DNA of 63,101 bases, filler included, from Chthonomonadaceae bacterium (GCA_035650735.1; 6 parts of 6 records of this genome joined end to end with filler, not necessarily neighbours in it); one strand, 5' to 3'. Counted from the first letter of the whole stretch, positions 30,166 to 40,748 are shown. Notes: a model not told the origin generated them from the letters alone. Program-made: numbers and translations.

Positions 30166-30656
30166 CGTTATCTCCACAAAAAACTCAAGTCAACAACATG
30201 GATTCGGTGACAGCCTCTGACATTCCTTATGTAAACAGAGAAATAGTGAGCAAGAGGGCAGGCAAGCAGTGCTTCGAGTGGTAGATGACGACTGCGCTAA
30301 AAGAGGGGCGTGGAGAAGAGAAGCCTCTATTGCCATTGGTTCCGACGGCGGGTATACTGAAGCCACAATTGTCGCTGTCTCCTTCGACGTTCAGGCCCTC
30401 CTTTGTGCGGCCTGTTCTCCTGCGAACAGCGCCCCATTCCCGTGCGATTCGATTTCGACCGCGCCCATTTCCAGCGCGTTCCGCCAGGCCGCTTTCGGAT
30501 GGTGCAGGGCTTTGCCTTCTGCCCGATGGGAGGGGCCACTGGCAAGCGCTGGCCCCCTGGCGCCAGAGACCGGACGACGGCCCACTCCCAAGCCGGGTTG
30601 CCGGAGCCCTGTATCAAGGCAAGGATACGTAACCGATGAACCGAGGTGAGGATAGC

Positions 30657-31769
30657 ATGTCCGGCGATGTCCGGGAGGGGCTACGCGCCGTGGAAGCGTT
30701 CTGGCATGGGCGGCTACCGGAACCGTTCTGCACGCTCTACGCGCATCTGGACTACCCATTTCTGGCCCCCTGTGAATTCTTTCCACTGGAGGCCATTGCC
30801 GGCGGCGCCGGGCGCAGCTTCGGCATGCTCCCTCAGTTTCTTCCGTTTGGGCGCGCGGTAGACGAAGGCGGAACGTATGGATTCTATGTAACGCGTGAGA
30901 ACGCGCAGGGGCGGTGGCCGGTTCTCTATTGGGATGAGGATGAGATGTTCCTGCGTCCCGTCGCCTCCGAATTCGGCGCGTTCCTGCGCTACTGCCTGAT
31001 CGTGGGCCGGTATGAGACGGAAGAGCAGTGGCCGGAGGAGGGGCCGAATCGGCAGGAGGAGGCTGAGCGGCGGGAGTTCGCCCGCCGAATTGGTCTGCCG
31101 GTCGAGTTGGCGCTGGGGCCGATACCACGCAACGATACCGAGCTCTACGAGCATCTGGTGCGCTCCGATCCGCAGGACGCGGTGAGCCTCTGTCACCTGG
31201 GCAACATGTGGCGGGCACGCGGGGATGCAGAGCACGCGCTGGATTTCTTCCATCGGGCGGGCGAGGCGGCGCCCTGGTTCGGCGACCCACTCTATCTGGT
31301 GGCTGATGTCTACCGGGAGCGCGGCGACTATGGCCGCGCGATTCAAAGCTGGTGGGGCGTGGTGCAGCGCCTGTTGCCGCTGTGCACGCGCACCTGGGAA
31401 TGGGATTTAGGCGAGGAGCACCCGGAGGCCGATATCTATGAGGTGGCCGCCGATGCGCTGGCGCAGTTCTGCGATGCCGCCGATCCCGACCTCAAGGCGA
31501 AGCCGCTCTGGCGCGTGGTCGTTCATGAAGACCCTTACAATCCGGATGTGCACGAGGCCCTGGGCGATGCGTTGCTGGCCCAGAACGACCTGGCTGGGGC
31601 GGAGCGCGAATACCTGAATGCGCTTTCCCTCTGCTTTGCCGAGCGCAGCAAGCAGCCCGAACGGCTTTACGCCAGTCTGCTCGCCCTCTATGAGCGCATG
31701 GGGCCGAGCCGCACGCGCGATGCCGCCCTCGTCCGCTTCGACCGCACGCTGCCCCGCCCGGCCTTCTGA
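30657..31769 (+). CDS. hypothetical protein with SUKH/SMI1-like N-terminus and TPR-like C-terminus
   Basis: FLPFGR..GGTYGFY..WPVLYWDED..PVASEFGAFL; TPR-like helices (LCHLGNMWRARGDAEHALDFF, HEALGDALLAQNDLAGAEREY). Confidence 0.7.
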   Translation: MSGDVREGLRAVEAFWHGRLPEPFCTLYAHLDYPFLAPCEFFPLEAIAGGAGRSFGMLPQFLPFGRAVDEGGTYGFYVTRENAQGRWPVLYWDEDEMFLRPVASEFGAFLRYCLIVGRYETEEQWPEEGPNRQEEAERREFARRIGLPVELALGPIPRNDTELYEHLVRSDPQDAVSLCHLGNMWRARGDAEHALDFFHRAGEAAPWFGDPLYLVADVYRERGDYGRAIQSWWGVVQRLLPLCTRTWEWDLGEEHPEADIYEVAADALAQFCDAADPDLKAKPLWRVVVHEDPYNPDVHEALGDALLAQNDLAGAEREYLNALSLCFAERSKQPERLYASLLALYERMGPSRTRDAALVRFDRTLPRPAF

Positions 31770-31850
31770 GAGTGTCTATGGAAACCTGGCTCGACCCACC
31801 CCTAATGCAGTGGGCGGCTAGAAGTTAGCATATACACCTTAAGGGAAATT

Positions 31851-32831
31851 GTGTTGGCTGTTCCGCTGTTAGAAGTCGAAAATTTGCAGGCTGAGTTCCG
31901 TACGCCGGGCGGCATCGTGCAGGCGGTGCGCGGCGTGTCGTTTCGAGTCGAGCGCGGCGAGACCGTCGGGATCGTCGGCGAGTCGGGCTCAGGTAAGAGC
32001 GCTACGGCGCTGGCGCTGATGCGGCTGATTCCGACGCCGCCCGGCTCCATTACCGGAGGCGCCGTGCGCCTGGATGGGGAGGAGCTGCTGAGCCTGCCTG
32101 AGCGGCAGATGCAGAGGGTGCGCGGCGCACGGATGGCAATGGTGTTTCAGGACCCCTTCTCCTCGCTCAACCCGACGATGACGCTGGGGGAGCAGGTGGC
32201 CGAGTCGATCCGGCTGCATACCGGCGCGAGCCGGGCCGAGGCGAAGGCGCAGACCTTGCGGCTGTTCCAGGCGGTGCGCCTTCCCTCCCCGGAGATACGA
32301 TATCGGCAGTACCCGCACCAGGTCTCCGGCGGGCAACGGCAGCGTGTGATGATCGCGATTGCCTTCGCCTGCAACCCCGAGCTGCTGATCGCCGATGAGC
32401 CGACGACGGCCCTGGACGTGACCGTGCAGGCGCAGGTGCTGGCGCTGATGGGCGCGCTGCAAAAGCGCACCGATGCGGGCGTCCTGCTCATCACGCATGA
32501 CCTGGGAGTGGTCGCCGAGGTCTGTGACCGCGTGCTGGTGATGTATGCGGGCACGATTGTCGAGAGCGGCACGGTGGAGCAGATCTTCACCGCTCCCAAA
32601 CATCCCTACACGCAAGGGCTGCTCGCCTCTTTGCCCCAGATCAACGTCGAGCGGAATCAGCGGCTGCCCAGCATTCCCGGCCAACCGCCCGACCTGGCGC
32701 ATCTGCCGCCGGGGTGCCCCTTCTATGACCGCTGCCCCAAACGGATGCCTGACATCTGTCCGAGCCGCGAGCCGGAGCCGACGACGCCCCAGCCCGGCCA
32801 GAGGGTGCGCTGCTTCCTCTACGGCGGCTGA
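31851..32831 (+). CDS. oligopeptide/dipeptide ABC transporter ATP-binding protein (OppD/DppD-like)
   Basis: GESGSGKS, FQDPFSSLNP, YPHQVSGGQRQR, IADEPTTALD, HPYT..GCPFYDRC. Confidence 0.95.
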   Translation: MLAVPLLEVENLQAEFRTPGGIVQAVRGVSFRVERGETVGIVGESGSGKSATALALMRLIPTPPGSITGGAVRLDGEELLSLPERQMQRVRGARMAMVFQDPFSSLNPTMTLGEQVAESIRLHTGASRAEAKAQTLRLFQAVRLPSPEIRYRQYPHQVSGGQRQRVMIAIAFACNPELLIADEPTTALDVTVQAQVLALMGALQKRTDAGVLLITHDLGVVAEVCDRVLVMYAGTIVESGTVEQIFTAPKHPYTQGLLASLPQINVERNQRLPSIPGQPPDLAHLPPGCPFYDRCPKRMPDICPSREPEPTTPQPGQRVRCFLYGG

Positions 32832-32910
32832 AAGAAAGGCGGAAGGATGAAAAAAGCAAGGTCTCTTTCATCCTTCCGCCTTCATCCTTATACAAACGGA
32901 GGAGAAACGA

Positions 32911-33558
32911 ATGGCAGGTAAGCTCCAGGGTACTCTTTGCGTGTTGGCCTTGTGCCTGGCAGCGGGGACTTCCGTTGCCGCAGGCCCGCCCAACCAGGTC
33001 AAGGTGGCGCGGCAGCAGCCCGGTATGCGCGCGCCGAGATCACCCCTCCAGCACGTGATGGGTGCCGTCGCCGCGAAGGGACAGGGCTTCTACATCGTGC
33101 GTGGAACGGAGCCGATGACGCCGACCGCGCATATTCTGGTAGGGCCAGACACGCATTTCTTCTTTCTCAAGCCCGCGCCTCTCTCAGCGATACGCAGCGG
33201 CTGGCAGGCGCACGCTATCGGAGAGGCGATGGCGGGGAGCCTCCAGGCGCGAATGATCGTCCTGTTTCCGGGGCGATCCCGGTCGGGCGTTCCCCCGCCA
33301 TCGAGCGGCATGAGCGGGATAGGGACAGTGGTGCAGACCCATCCTCTGGTTCTCCAGACGCCTAGGGGCGAGCGTATTCGGGTGGTTGTCACCACGGCTA
33401 CGGGCGTGCGCGTCGCCGAACCGATGCCCTTTTCGGCCCTGCGTATTGGCGACCATGCGATGACCTTCGGCAACCCTACCAACAGTGGACTGCACGCCAC
33501 CATCGTCCACGTTCGCCGGGAAGCGACCACGATGCGTTCGCACGGACAGATGCGGTGA
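32911..33558 (+). CDS. secreted hypothetical protein with two DUF5666-like beta repeats
   Basis: GGAG RBS; signal peptide; ILVGPDT..PLSAIRSGWQAHAIG..LQARMI versus VVVTTAT..PFSALRIGDHAMTFG..LHATIV. Confidence 0.7.
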   Translation: MAGKLQGTLCVLALCLAAGTSVAAGPPNQVKVARQQPGMRAPRSPLQHVMGAVAAKGQGFYIVRGTEPMTPTAHILVGPDTHFFFLKPAPLSAIRSGWQAHAIGEAMAGSLQARMIVLFPGRSRSGVPPPSSGMSGIGTVVQTHPLVLQTPRGERIRVVVTTATGVRVAEPMPFSALRIGDHAMTFGNPTNSGLHATIVHVRREATTMRSHGQMR

Positions 33559-33568
33559 TGGGACCGCG

Positions 33569-34777
33569 TTACTCCGCCCGCCGAATGCGATAGAGATGGA
33601 CATCGTAGGGCCGGAAGTCGTCGGCGAAGCGGCCTCCCTGGACCGGCAGGCGGCGTCCCTCGCCAAGCACTTCGGCAACGGCTCTCTGCGGCAGACCGTC
33701 TACGACAAAGGAGCCTCGGGCTGGGCCGTTGCGCATCCCGACAGCAAACAGATAGGTGGCGCCTCCATAACGCTTCTCCATCAGCGCAATCGGCACCTGC
33801 GCGGAGGAGGAGGTGACCGCAGCCTTCCCCTTGACGGTAGGGCTGTTGAGAACGGGCGCCAGCGCGTGAATCTGTTGGTTAATCGCCGTCACGGCGGCCA
33901 GCATCTCCGGATCGTCGAGCAGCGCGTGCTCGTTAAAGCTGGGCTTGAACTGATGCACGAAATAAATCAGGCCCGTCGAGCCGTGGGTGAGCGCCATCCA
34001 GACCTCGGCGCGGACCTGATGCGGCGTCGCTTTGGCCCGCGCATCGCCGATATGGGTGCATTCGATGCAGTTCCAGACCCTCTTTTTGCCCTCAGTCCAG
34101 CGGACAAGCCGCTCTACCCCTTTGGCCACATACCAGAGATAGTTCTCGCCGTCGGGCCTATCCAGGCCCGCCACCGGGTAGACATCAAAGGAGACGATGT
34201 CGCCGCCCTTGACGTAGGTAAGATAGTCGTCCGGGCGCGCTCCCGGCCCCCGCCCGATCCAGGCATCATTGGCGACTCCCTGCCCCAGGTTGAGCATCAC
34301 CGGGCGGGTCGGGTCGAGCGCGCGCATTCTGGCATAGTCGGCCACGATCCGGGCGGGGGGCACAGGCGGGCCGTAGGTGGTCTTTCCGGTGCTGGGGTCG
34401 GTGATGGGCTGCGCGTTATCCGGCTCGTCGCCGTGCATCCAGCCGACAATGGTCGGGTCGGACCGATGCGCCAGGCCGACCGCGTTCTGCTCACAGATGA
34501 CCGGCATCCCGGCGGCTTTGAGTGCGGCCAACTGCGCCTCCGTCGGCCCTTGCCACAATCCGACATAGAGGTTGATCCCGGCTGCCTGATAACGTTTGGC
34601 ATTCTGCGGGTCCTGCAGCCAGACGGCGATAGGAAAGTAGGTTGCGTCTGGAGGCGGCCCGTGCTTCCATTGCTTATAGGCCGTAGCGGGCGCTTTACGC
34701 GCGTCCTCAGGCCGTGCGCCCGGCATGGCGAGAGCGCCACCCAGGAGCATTGTCATCAGAACAAGCGAACGCTTCAT
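33569..34777 (-). CDS. secreted putative glycoside hydrolase-like (TIM barrel) protein
   Basis: Signal peptide; IVGWMHGDEPDN, DIVSFDVYPV, WNCIEC, VWMALTHGSTGLIYF. Confidence 0.7.
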   Translation of the reverse strand: MKRSLVLMTMLLGGALAMPGARPEDARKAPATAYKQWKHGPPPDATYFPIAVWLQDPQNAKRYQAAGINLYVGLWQGPTEAQLAALKAAGMPVICEQNAVGLAHRSDPTIVGWMHGDEPDNAQPITDPSTGKTTYGPPVPPARIVADYARMRALDPTRPVMLNLGQGVANDAWIGRGPGARPDDYLTYVKGGDIVSFDVYPVAGLDRPDGENYLWYVAKGVERLVRWTEGKKRVWNCIECTHIGDARAKATPHQVRAEVWMALTHGSTGLIYFVHQFKPSFNEHALLDDPEMLAAVTAINQQIHALAPVLNSPTVKGKAAVTSSSAQVPIALMEKRYGGATYLFAVGMRNGPARGSFVVDGLPQRAVAEVLGEGRRLPVQGGRFADDFRPYDVHLYRIRRAE

Positions 34778-34839
34778 AGTTTCTCCCTATCTAAGAATGG
34801 GTGCGTAACCTCCTGGTCGCCCACCTCTTTAGGGCTGGG

Positions 34840-36849
34840 CTAATGCGGGAAGACCATGTACTGCTGCTGGTGGGTCAGCATCCCCCACATTCCCCACAGG
34901 CTCGGCACGACATAGTCCCCCAGGATAAGCCCCAGAAAGAACGGCAGCGCCCGGCGGTAGGCTTTAATGCCTCCATAGCGCACCGTCAGGTACTTGGCAA
35001 GCCAGGCCAGAAAGAACGGGCACCACATATAGTCCATGCTCGGCGTCACCGCCAGCGCGTAGCCCAGTGGATGCAGCGGCCACCAGGAGAATTGAAGCCG
35101 CAGCCGCCACAGCAGCAGCGCCAGTACCAGCCCGAACCCGGCGGCGACAAGCCCCGTCGTATCCTGCGGCGTGGGGGTACTGAGCAGCGCGCTCACCTCC
35201 CGGAACTGCGCCAGACCGAGGCTTGCCAGCCAGGGGCGCACTTTGGCGCTGCTGGCCCCATAGATATAGTAGATATGCAGATGCGCCCAGAAGGCGCACA
35301 GGATGCCGAAGAGCGAGGCCCAGACCAGCGGCCAGAGAAAGCGGCGCGCACAGACGCCGGTGGCGTGTCCGAGCTTCATGCCCTGCATCTGCTGAGGCAG
35401 CGGGTTATCGCGCATATCCGACAGCCATTCGGTGTAGCCCTCCAGCAGAACGAGTGTACGCGGCGAGAGCCTATCCGCGCCGAAGGCATCCATCGTGAAG
35501 GAGGAAGGCGACCAATCCGGCGCAAAGGCCCAGCCTGCGCCCGCCTCAGAGACGATGCGCGCCAGAGTCAGCGCAAAGCAGAGATAGATGAGGACGAGCA
35601 GCACCACCACCGGCAACGGCAACCCCATCGCCGCCAGAAAGCCGATGAGAAAGAGCAATCCCGTGCCGCCGCCAAGCAGCGCCAGCCGGGAAGACATCAG
35701 ATCGTCTCGATCCGCGCCGGTGGGCCGCCATGCCTCCTGCCAGGCCCGCGCCAGCGTCCGCCGCGCCATCCAGAGCGAAAAGAGGGCGATCCCGACAAAG
35801 GCCCCGACCGCCTGCTCGCGAATGTAGGGAGCGCGGTTCGCCATGCCCGCTCCTCCCACCTCCGAGAGCCCCAACACGCTGCTGCCGATGTTGGCGAGCT
35901 TGACGCAGAGATAGAAGAACCAGCAGGAGAACGAGACATCCAGCGAGAGCAGGTAGGCGATGCCGATGGCAAACGGATAGAAGGCCAGACGCACCATGCC
36001 CGCCGCATTCCAGGGATGCTGCGTGAGCCATACGTCCAGTTGGTTGGGGCCGATGGGCTTGATGGGAATGGAAGGAATGGCGGGATAGAGGAAGCTCAGG
36101 AAGTTGATGCTCTCCAGCAGCCCGGCTATCAGGAAGCCGGCCCACATCCAGGGGCTTTTCCAGAACGCGCTCGCTCCACCCCCGTCGGTCATCTCCAGGG
36201 GCAGGTAGGCCAGAGGGAACGTCAGCCGCTCCTCCTCGATCCACTGCCGGCGCAGCAGCGTGGTCGCGCACAGCAGCACCCAGAAGATCGCAAAGATAAA
36301 CGCCGTCCAGGCCAGCACCGGCACGGCCCAGCTTGCCAGCACGGCGCCATCATAGAGGGTCGCATGGCCGCGATAGAACGCTTTCAGCGCGCCCTCCTGG
36401 CGTGGGGCCAGCCATGCGGGGATATGCGGCCAGAGCCGCTCCTGCCATCGGTTGCTGCTGGAAGCGAAGTAAAACGGGGCGGTCATCTGGTTGATGAGGA
36501 ACTGAACGAAGCCGAGCCCACCCGCGCAGGTGCTCAGGCAGAGCATGGCGTAGAGGATCACCAACTCGGCCTGGGAGAGTGCCCAGCGCTTTGCAGCGCG
36601 CAGCACCAGCATATTCGCCACCACCAGGAAGAAGAGGACGACCACCGGGCCGCGCAGCAGCGACGTCTGCGTCCAGAGCAGGGCCTGCACCACGACGTAG
36701 GCGTAGGTGCCGAAGTAGGCGTTGGCGAGAATGAGCAGCGTGCCCAGCAGCCAGATAACCGTGCGGCGCGGCGCAACGGCTGCCGTCGGAAGCGTCGCCT
36801 GCGGCGGCACCGGGGCAGATTTCAGTCTCGAATGGGGCGCAGCGCTCAA
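34840..36849 (-). CDS. DUF6785/DUF6784-like polytopic membrane protein
   Basis: LRRQWIEEERLTFPL, YLLSLDVSFSCWFF, RIVSEAG, WWPLHPLGY, YRRALPFFLGLILGD; many TM helices. Confidence 0.8.
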   Translation of the reverse strand: MSAAPHSRLKSAPVPPQATLPTAAVAPRRTVIWLLGTLLILANAYFGTYAYVVVQALLWTQTSLLRGPVVVLFFLVVANMLVLRAAKRWALSQAELVILYAMLCLSTCAGGLGFVQFLINQMTAPFYFASSSNRWQERLWPHIPAWLAPRQEGALKAFYRGHATLYDGAVLASWAVPVLAWTAFIFAIFWVLLCATTLLRRQWIEEERLTFPLAYLPLEMTDGGGASAFWKSPWMWAGFLIAGLLESINFLSFLYPAIPSIPIKPIGPNQLDVWLTQHPWNAAGMVRLAFYPFAIGIAYLLSLDVSFSCWFFYLCVKLANIGSSVLGLSEVGGAGMANRAPYIREQAVGAFVGIALFSLWMARRTLARAWQEAWRPTGADRDDLMSSRLALLGGGTGLLFLIGFLAAMGLPLPVVVLLVLIYLCFALTLARIVSEAGAGWAFAPDWSPSSFTMDAFGADRLSPRTLVLLEGYTEWLSDMRDNPLPQQMQGMKLGHATGVCARRFLWPLVWASLFGILCAFWAHLHIYYIYGASSAKVRPWLASLGLAQFREVSALLSTPTPQDTTGLVAAGFGLVLALLLWRLRLQFSWWPLHPLGYALAVTPSMDYMWCPFFLAWLAKYLTVRYGGIKAYRRALPFFLGLILGDYVVPSLWGMWGMLTHQQQYMVFPH

Positions 36850-37145
36850 ATACGATCCTCCCTGTGCTATGCGGCAGCCAAGGTCCTTCCGTTTGCTTTT
36901 AGGGCGGCTAAAACGGAACCGCTATATATTCACCGGCAGCGGGCCAATTTCCCTGCGGCGTGCGCGCGGTCATTCCGCTGCGCGGCGGCGATTCTGGTAG
37001 AATATGAGGAGGGCGCTCTGCGTTCGTGCTTTCAAGTAGGCGCAGACGAACTATTATACAAAAAGCTCGGATTCACATCGCTTTCTTCAGTTGGCGCTTT
37101 AACGGAGACGCCTGCTTCGGACCTGCCTCGGAATAGAGAACTTGC

Positions 37146-38798
37146 ATGACTCAAACCGAACCACTACCTAAAAAAGAGATCGTGGCGACGCGCCAACCAG
37201 CTTCGACCGCGCGAGAGGAACGCCGCCTGCCGGGTTTGCGGCTGGCAGTGCTGGCGGGCGTGCTGCTATGGCTGGCCTGCCCGCCGGTAACGGCCTGGCC
37301 GCTCGCCTGGATCGCCCTCGCGCCTTTGATTTTGAGCGTGACGCGGGCGCAGCGGCTGCGGCAGGCTCTCTGGCGCGGCTACGTGTTCGGCTGGGTCTAT
37401 TTAGGGATGGTCTGGTACTGGATCGGGCTGACCATCGTGGCCTGGCTGGATGGTTCTCCGATTGGCTGGGCGGCCTGGTTTGGCCTGACGCTGCTGATGG
37501 CCGGGTTCTACGCGGCCTGGGGCGGGGCAGCCTGGTGGCTGGCAAGGCGCACCACCGGCGGCGGGCGTATCGTGGCGCTGGCGGCGGCGTGGGTGATCAT
37601 GGAGTGGGCGCGCTCCCTCGGCACGCTCTCCATGCCCTGGGCACAGTTAAGCTACACGCAGTACCACTTCCTGCCCGTGCTTCAGGTAGCCGACCTCACG
37701 GGCGCCTACGGCGTCAGCTTCCTGCTGATGCTGGTCAACGGCGCGGTGGCGGAGTGGTGGTCCCGACGCGGACAGCCGGGCAGTGCGCGCCGGGTCTGGG
37801 GTTCCCTCGCGGTGGCGGCTCTGGCCTGCGTCTACGGCCTGGCACGTCTGGCACAGCCGGAGGGAGGCAGGCCGCTCTCCGTGGCGGCCATGCAGCCCAA
37901 TTTTCGCTTGCACGAGACGCGCCAGGACCTCTTCCGGGATTTGCAAACCCTGGACGACCTGACCCGCCGCGCCTACGCCGCGATAGATCCACCGCCGGCC
38001 CTCTACGTCTGGTCAGAGTCGGCGGCGCCGGTGGATGCGCTCAACTATCTGCCGACCCGCAACACGCTGACCCGGCTGGCGCAGGTCTACCATGCGCCTC
38101 TGCTGGTGGGCTCGCGCGTCGAAGACCCGCAGACGGGCGCCGAGTCGAACGCCTCCGTGCTCTTTTGCCCGGACGGCGCGGCGCCGGCGCGCTATAACAA
38201 GCGGCATCTCGTGCCCTTTGGCGAGTTTATCCCCTTCCGGCACGCGCTGCCGGCCTTCCTGGATAGCACGTTCCACTTCTTTGATACCGACGTCATGCCC
38301 GGCGAGGGGGCGGCGGTGCTGCGCTTTACCGACCCACACGCCGGGACGGTTGCGCTGGGCCCCTTTATCTGCTACGAGGCCGTCTATCCGCACTTCGCCC
38401 GCGAGATGACGCGCGCCGGGGCGAACCTGCTGGTCACGCAGAGCAACGACGGCTGGTTCCACAGCGAGGCGGCGATGGAGCAGCACCTGGCCGCCGTCGT
38501 GCTGCGCGCCATCGAGAACCGCCGGAACATCGCCCGTTCCACGCTGACCGGCGTCACCTGCCTGCTCGATTCCAGAGGCCGCGTTCTGGCGCGCGCTCCT
38601 ATCAACACGCCGGCCTTCGTCGTCCATGCTTTGCAGTTGCAGGAGGGCCAAACCCTCTATGCCCGCCTGGGGGATTGGTTCGTTGCGCTCTGCGGACTGG
38701 GGCTGATCGTCCTTGCCTGGCGGGGGAAGGGGAGACCGGGGAGGCGCGCAGACGCGCCGGATTCACCCAAACCAAGCCAGACTGGAGCGTCCGCATGA
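37146..38798 (+). CDS. lnt: apolipoprotein N-acyltransferase
   Basis: MPWAQLSYTQ, GAYGVSF, VWSES, YNKRHLVPFGEFIP, FICYEAVYP, SNDGWF, RAIENRR. Confidence 0.95.
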   Translation: MTQTEPLPKKEIVATRQPASTAREERRLPGLRLAVLAGVLLWLACPPVTAWPLAWIALAPLILSVTRAQRLRQALWRGYVFGWVYLGMVWYWIGLTIVAWLDGSPIGWAAWFGLTLLMAGFYAAWGGAAWWLARRTTGGGRIVALAAAWVIMEWARSLGTLSMPWAQLSYTQYHFLPVLQVADLTGAYGVSFLLMLVNGAVAEWWSRRGQPGSARRVWGSLAVAALACVYGLARLAQPEGGRPLSVAAMQPNFRLHETRQDLFRDLQTLDDLTRRAYAAIDPPPALYVWSESAAPVDALNYLPTRNTLTRLAQVYHAPLLVGSRVEDPQTGAESNASVLFCPDGAAPARYNKRHLVPFGEFIPFRHALPAFLDSTFHFFDTDVMPGEGAAVLRFTDPHAGTVALGPFICYEAVYPHFAREMTRAGANLLVTQSNDGWFHSEAAMEQHLAAVVLRAIENRRNIARSTLTGVTCLLDSRGRVLARAPINTPAFVVHALQLQEGQTLYARLGDWFVALCGLGLIVLAWRGKGRPGRRADAPDSPKPSQTGASA

Positions 38799-39535
38799 GA
38801 CTGGAGGCGGTGCGAATACCGAGCGGCGGCGTGGAGCTGGCCGCGCTGCGCTACGTGCCGGACAGGCCGCTGCGCCCGACCGCCCTGATCTACGCGCACG
38901 GCTTTACGTCGGGCAAGTACAGCCTGGATAATCTCGCTAACTACCTGGCGGGACGCGGCTATCCGGGGCTCACGTTTGACTTCGTAGGGCACAAGCTCGG
39001 CTGCACGGGCGGGGAGATGCGGCATATCTCCCAGGCCGCCGAGAACCTGCAAGATGCGCTGCGCTGGCTGCGGGCGCATTCGGAGGCGGAACAGGTCGTT
39101 CTTATCGGCCACTCGATGGGCGGGGCGGCGGTGCTGGAGGTGGCCGCGCAGGAACGGCGGCACCCCTCTAATGATGGAGCCCGATTGGCGGGCATCGTCT
39201 GCATGAGTATCGGCCTGGAGCCGACGCGGGGATTTGATAACGCGGTCGGGCGGACGATGCTGGCGCAGCGCAGCGATTATGTGGTGGGTGCGCCCGCCCT
39301 GGAACTACTGTCCGGGCTGGACACTCTAATTCTGGCGACCCGCGAGATTGGAAATTTACCGGCGCTCTTCATTGCCGCCCGGCAGGATGTGCTGGTCTCC
39401 GTAGCGCGCGTGGAGCAGTTGGCCGCGCTCGCCGGCCCTGCTGCCTCCGTCACCACTCTAGATACCTCGCATCTCGATGCGCCCGACCGCTCCCGATCCA
39501 CCATTGCCCAGTGGCTCGACCAGCAAAACTTATAA
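38795..39535 (+). CDS. alpha/beta fold hydrolase
   Basis: HGFTS, FDFVGH, GHSMGG nucleophile elbow; start overlaps lnt stop. Confidence 0.88.
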   Translation: MRLEAVRIPSGGVELAALRYVPDRPLRPTALIYAHGFTSGKYSLDNLANYLAGRGYPGLTFDFVGHKLGCTGGEMRHISQAAENLQDALRWLRAHSEAEQVVLIGHSMGGAAVLEVAAQERRHPSNDGARLAGIVCMSIGLEPTRGFDNAVGRTMLAQRSDYVVGAPALELLSGLDTLILATREIGNLPALFIAARQDVLVSVARVEQLAALAGPAASVTTLDTSHLDAPDRSRSTIAQWLDQQNL

Positions 39536-39796
39536 ACCACCCGCTAACGCTAGAGACACAGAGACACGGAGGAAACACGGAGAAAAGCAAGGACAAAGAG
39601 AGAAAGACAAAACCCGTTGGACAGCGATGAACAGGATTAACCGGATTTCAACAACTCAGACAAGCTCTGTTTCTCCGTCTTTGTGTAATCCTGTAAATCC
39701 TGTTCATCCTGTCTAAAAATCTTGTCTTTCTCTTTGTTTTTCTCCGTCTTTGTTATTCCTCTGTGTCTCTGTGCCTCTAGCGTTAGCGGGTGGTTT
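39534..39796. repeat. nested ~260-bp inverted-repeat element between convergent genes
   Basis: Outer arms AAACCACCCGCTAACGCTAGAG(A)CACAGAGACAC / GTGTCTCTGTGCCTCTAGCGTTAGCGGGTGGTTT; middle AAAGAGAAAGACAA / TTGTCTTTCTCTTT; inner GATGAACAGGATT / AATCCTGTTCATC. Confidence 0.85.
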
Positions 39797-39798
39797 CT

Positions 39799-40596
39799 TT
39801 AGGCAGCGGCGATGATGGCGGCAAAATCAGCCGCTTTCAGGCTGGCGCCGCCGACGAGCGCGCCGTCAATGTTGGGCCGGGCCAGCAGGTCCGCCGCGTT
39901 GTCTGGCTTGACGCTGCCGCCGTACTGCACGCGCACCGTCTCCGCGGCCTCCGGGCCATAAAGTTTGCCGACCGTCTGGCGCACCAGGCCGCAGACCCGA
40001 TCTGCCTCCTCCGCCGCGCAGACGTGTCCCGTGCCAATCGCCCAGACCGGCTCATAGGCAAAAATGAGTCTGGCCGCCTGCTCTGGAGTCACCTCGCGCA
40101 GCGCCGCCTCCGTCTGCCCGGTCACGACGGCATCCGTGCGCCCTTCCTGGCGCTCCTTCAAGGTCTCTCCTATGCAACAGATCGGAATCAGCCCTGCCGC
40201 CAGGGAGGCGCGCAGCTTGCGGTTGACGGTCACATCGTTATCGGCGAAATAGGCCAGCATATCGGCGTCAAAGTCCGGCTCGATAACCCCAAAGCGCCCG
40301 CGCGGCTCGGAGTGGCCCACAATCACGTACTCACAGCCGACATCCAGAAGCATACGGGACGAAATCTTGCCCGTGTAGGCCCCCTTATCTTTCCAGAAAA
40401 CGTCCTGCCCGCCCAGCGCGACATCCGTTCCTGCGAGCAGGGCGTGGACGGTCTGCAGCACGGTAAAGGGCGGGCAGAGGACGACCTGCGCCGCGCGGTC
40501 TGGGGCCAGGCGCGGCAGCAGGTCGCGCACCAGGCTCTCGGCCTCGGCGCGCGTGCCGTTCATCTTCCAGTTGCCCGCGATAATGGGTTGACGCAT
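39799..40596 (-). CDS. tpiA: triosephosphate isomerase
   Basis: [46 protein letters not shown]. Confidence 0.98.
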   Translation of the reverse strand: MRQPIIAGNWKMNGTRAEAESLVRDLLPRLAPDRAAQVVLCPPFTVLQTVHALLAGTDVALGGQDVFWKDKGAYTGKISSRMLLDVGCEYVIVGHSEPRGRFGVIEPDFDADMLAYFADNDVTVNRKLRASLAAGLIPICCIGETLKERQEGRTDAVVTGQTEAALREVTPEQAARLIFAYEPVWAIGTGHVCAAEEADRVCGLVRQTVGKLYGPEAAETVRVQYGGSVKPDNAADLLARPNIDGALVGGASLKAADFAAIIAAA

Positions 40597-40748
40597 TAAA
40601 AGCGATTCTCCTTGCCGGTGGGACTCATGAATTCCTACGGCTTACTGCTCGATTCTCTTTGCGAATAGGGGATCAAGGGCTTATGCCAGGCTGCCGCCCA
40701 GGTACTTAGCACCCTGGCACCCTCAAACCCTAGCACCGTGAAGAGGGC

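Noticed and set aside
30180..30640. Overlapping short ORFs between the Bell-like and SUKH-like genes
   Set aside because: Mutually overlapping, with no protein-like signal; probably a divergent promoter region
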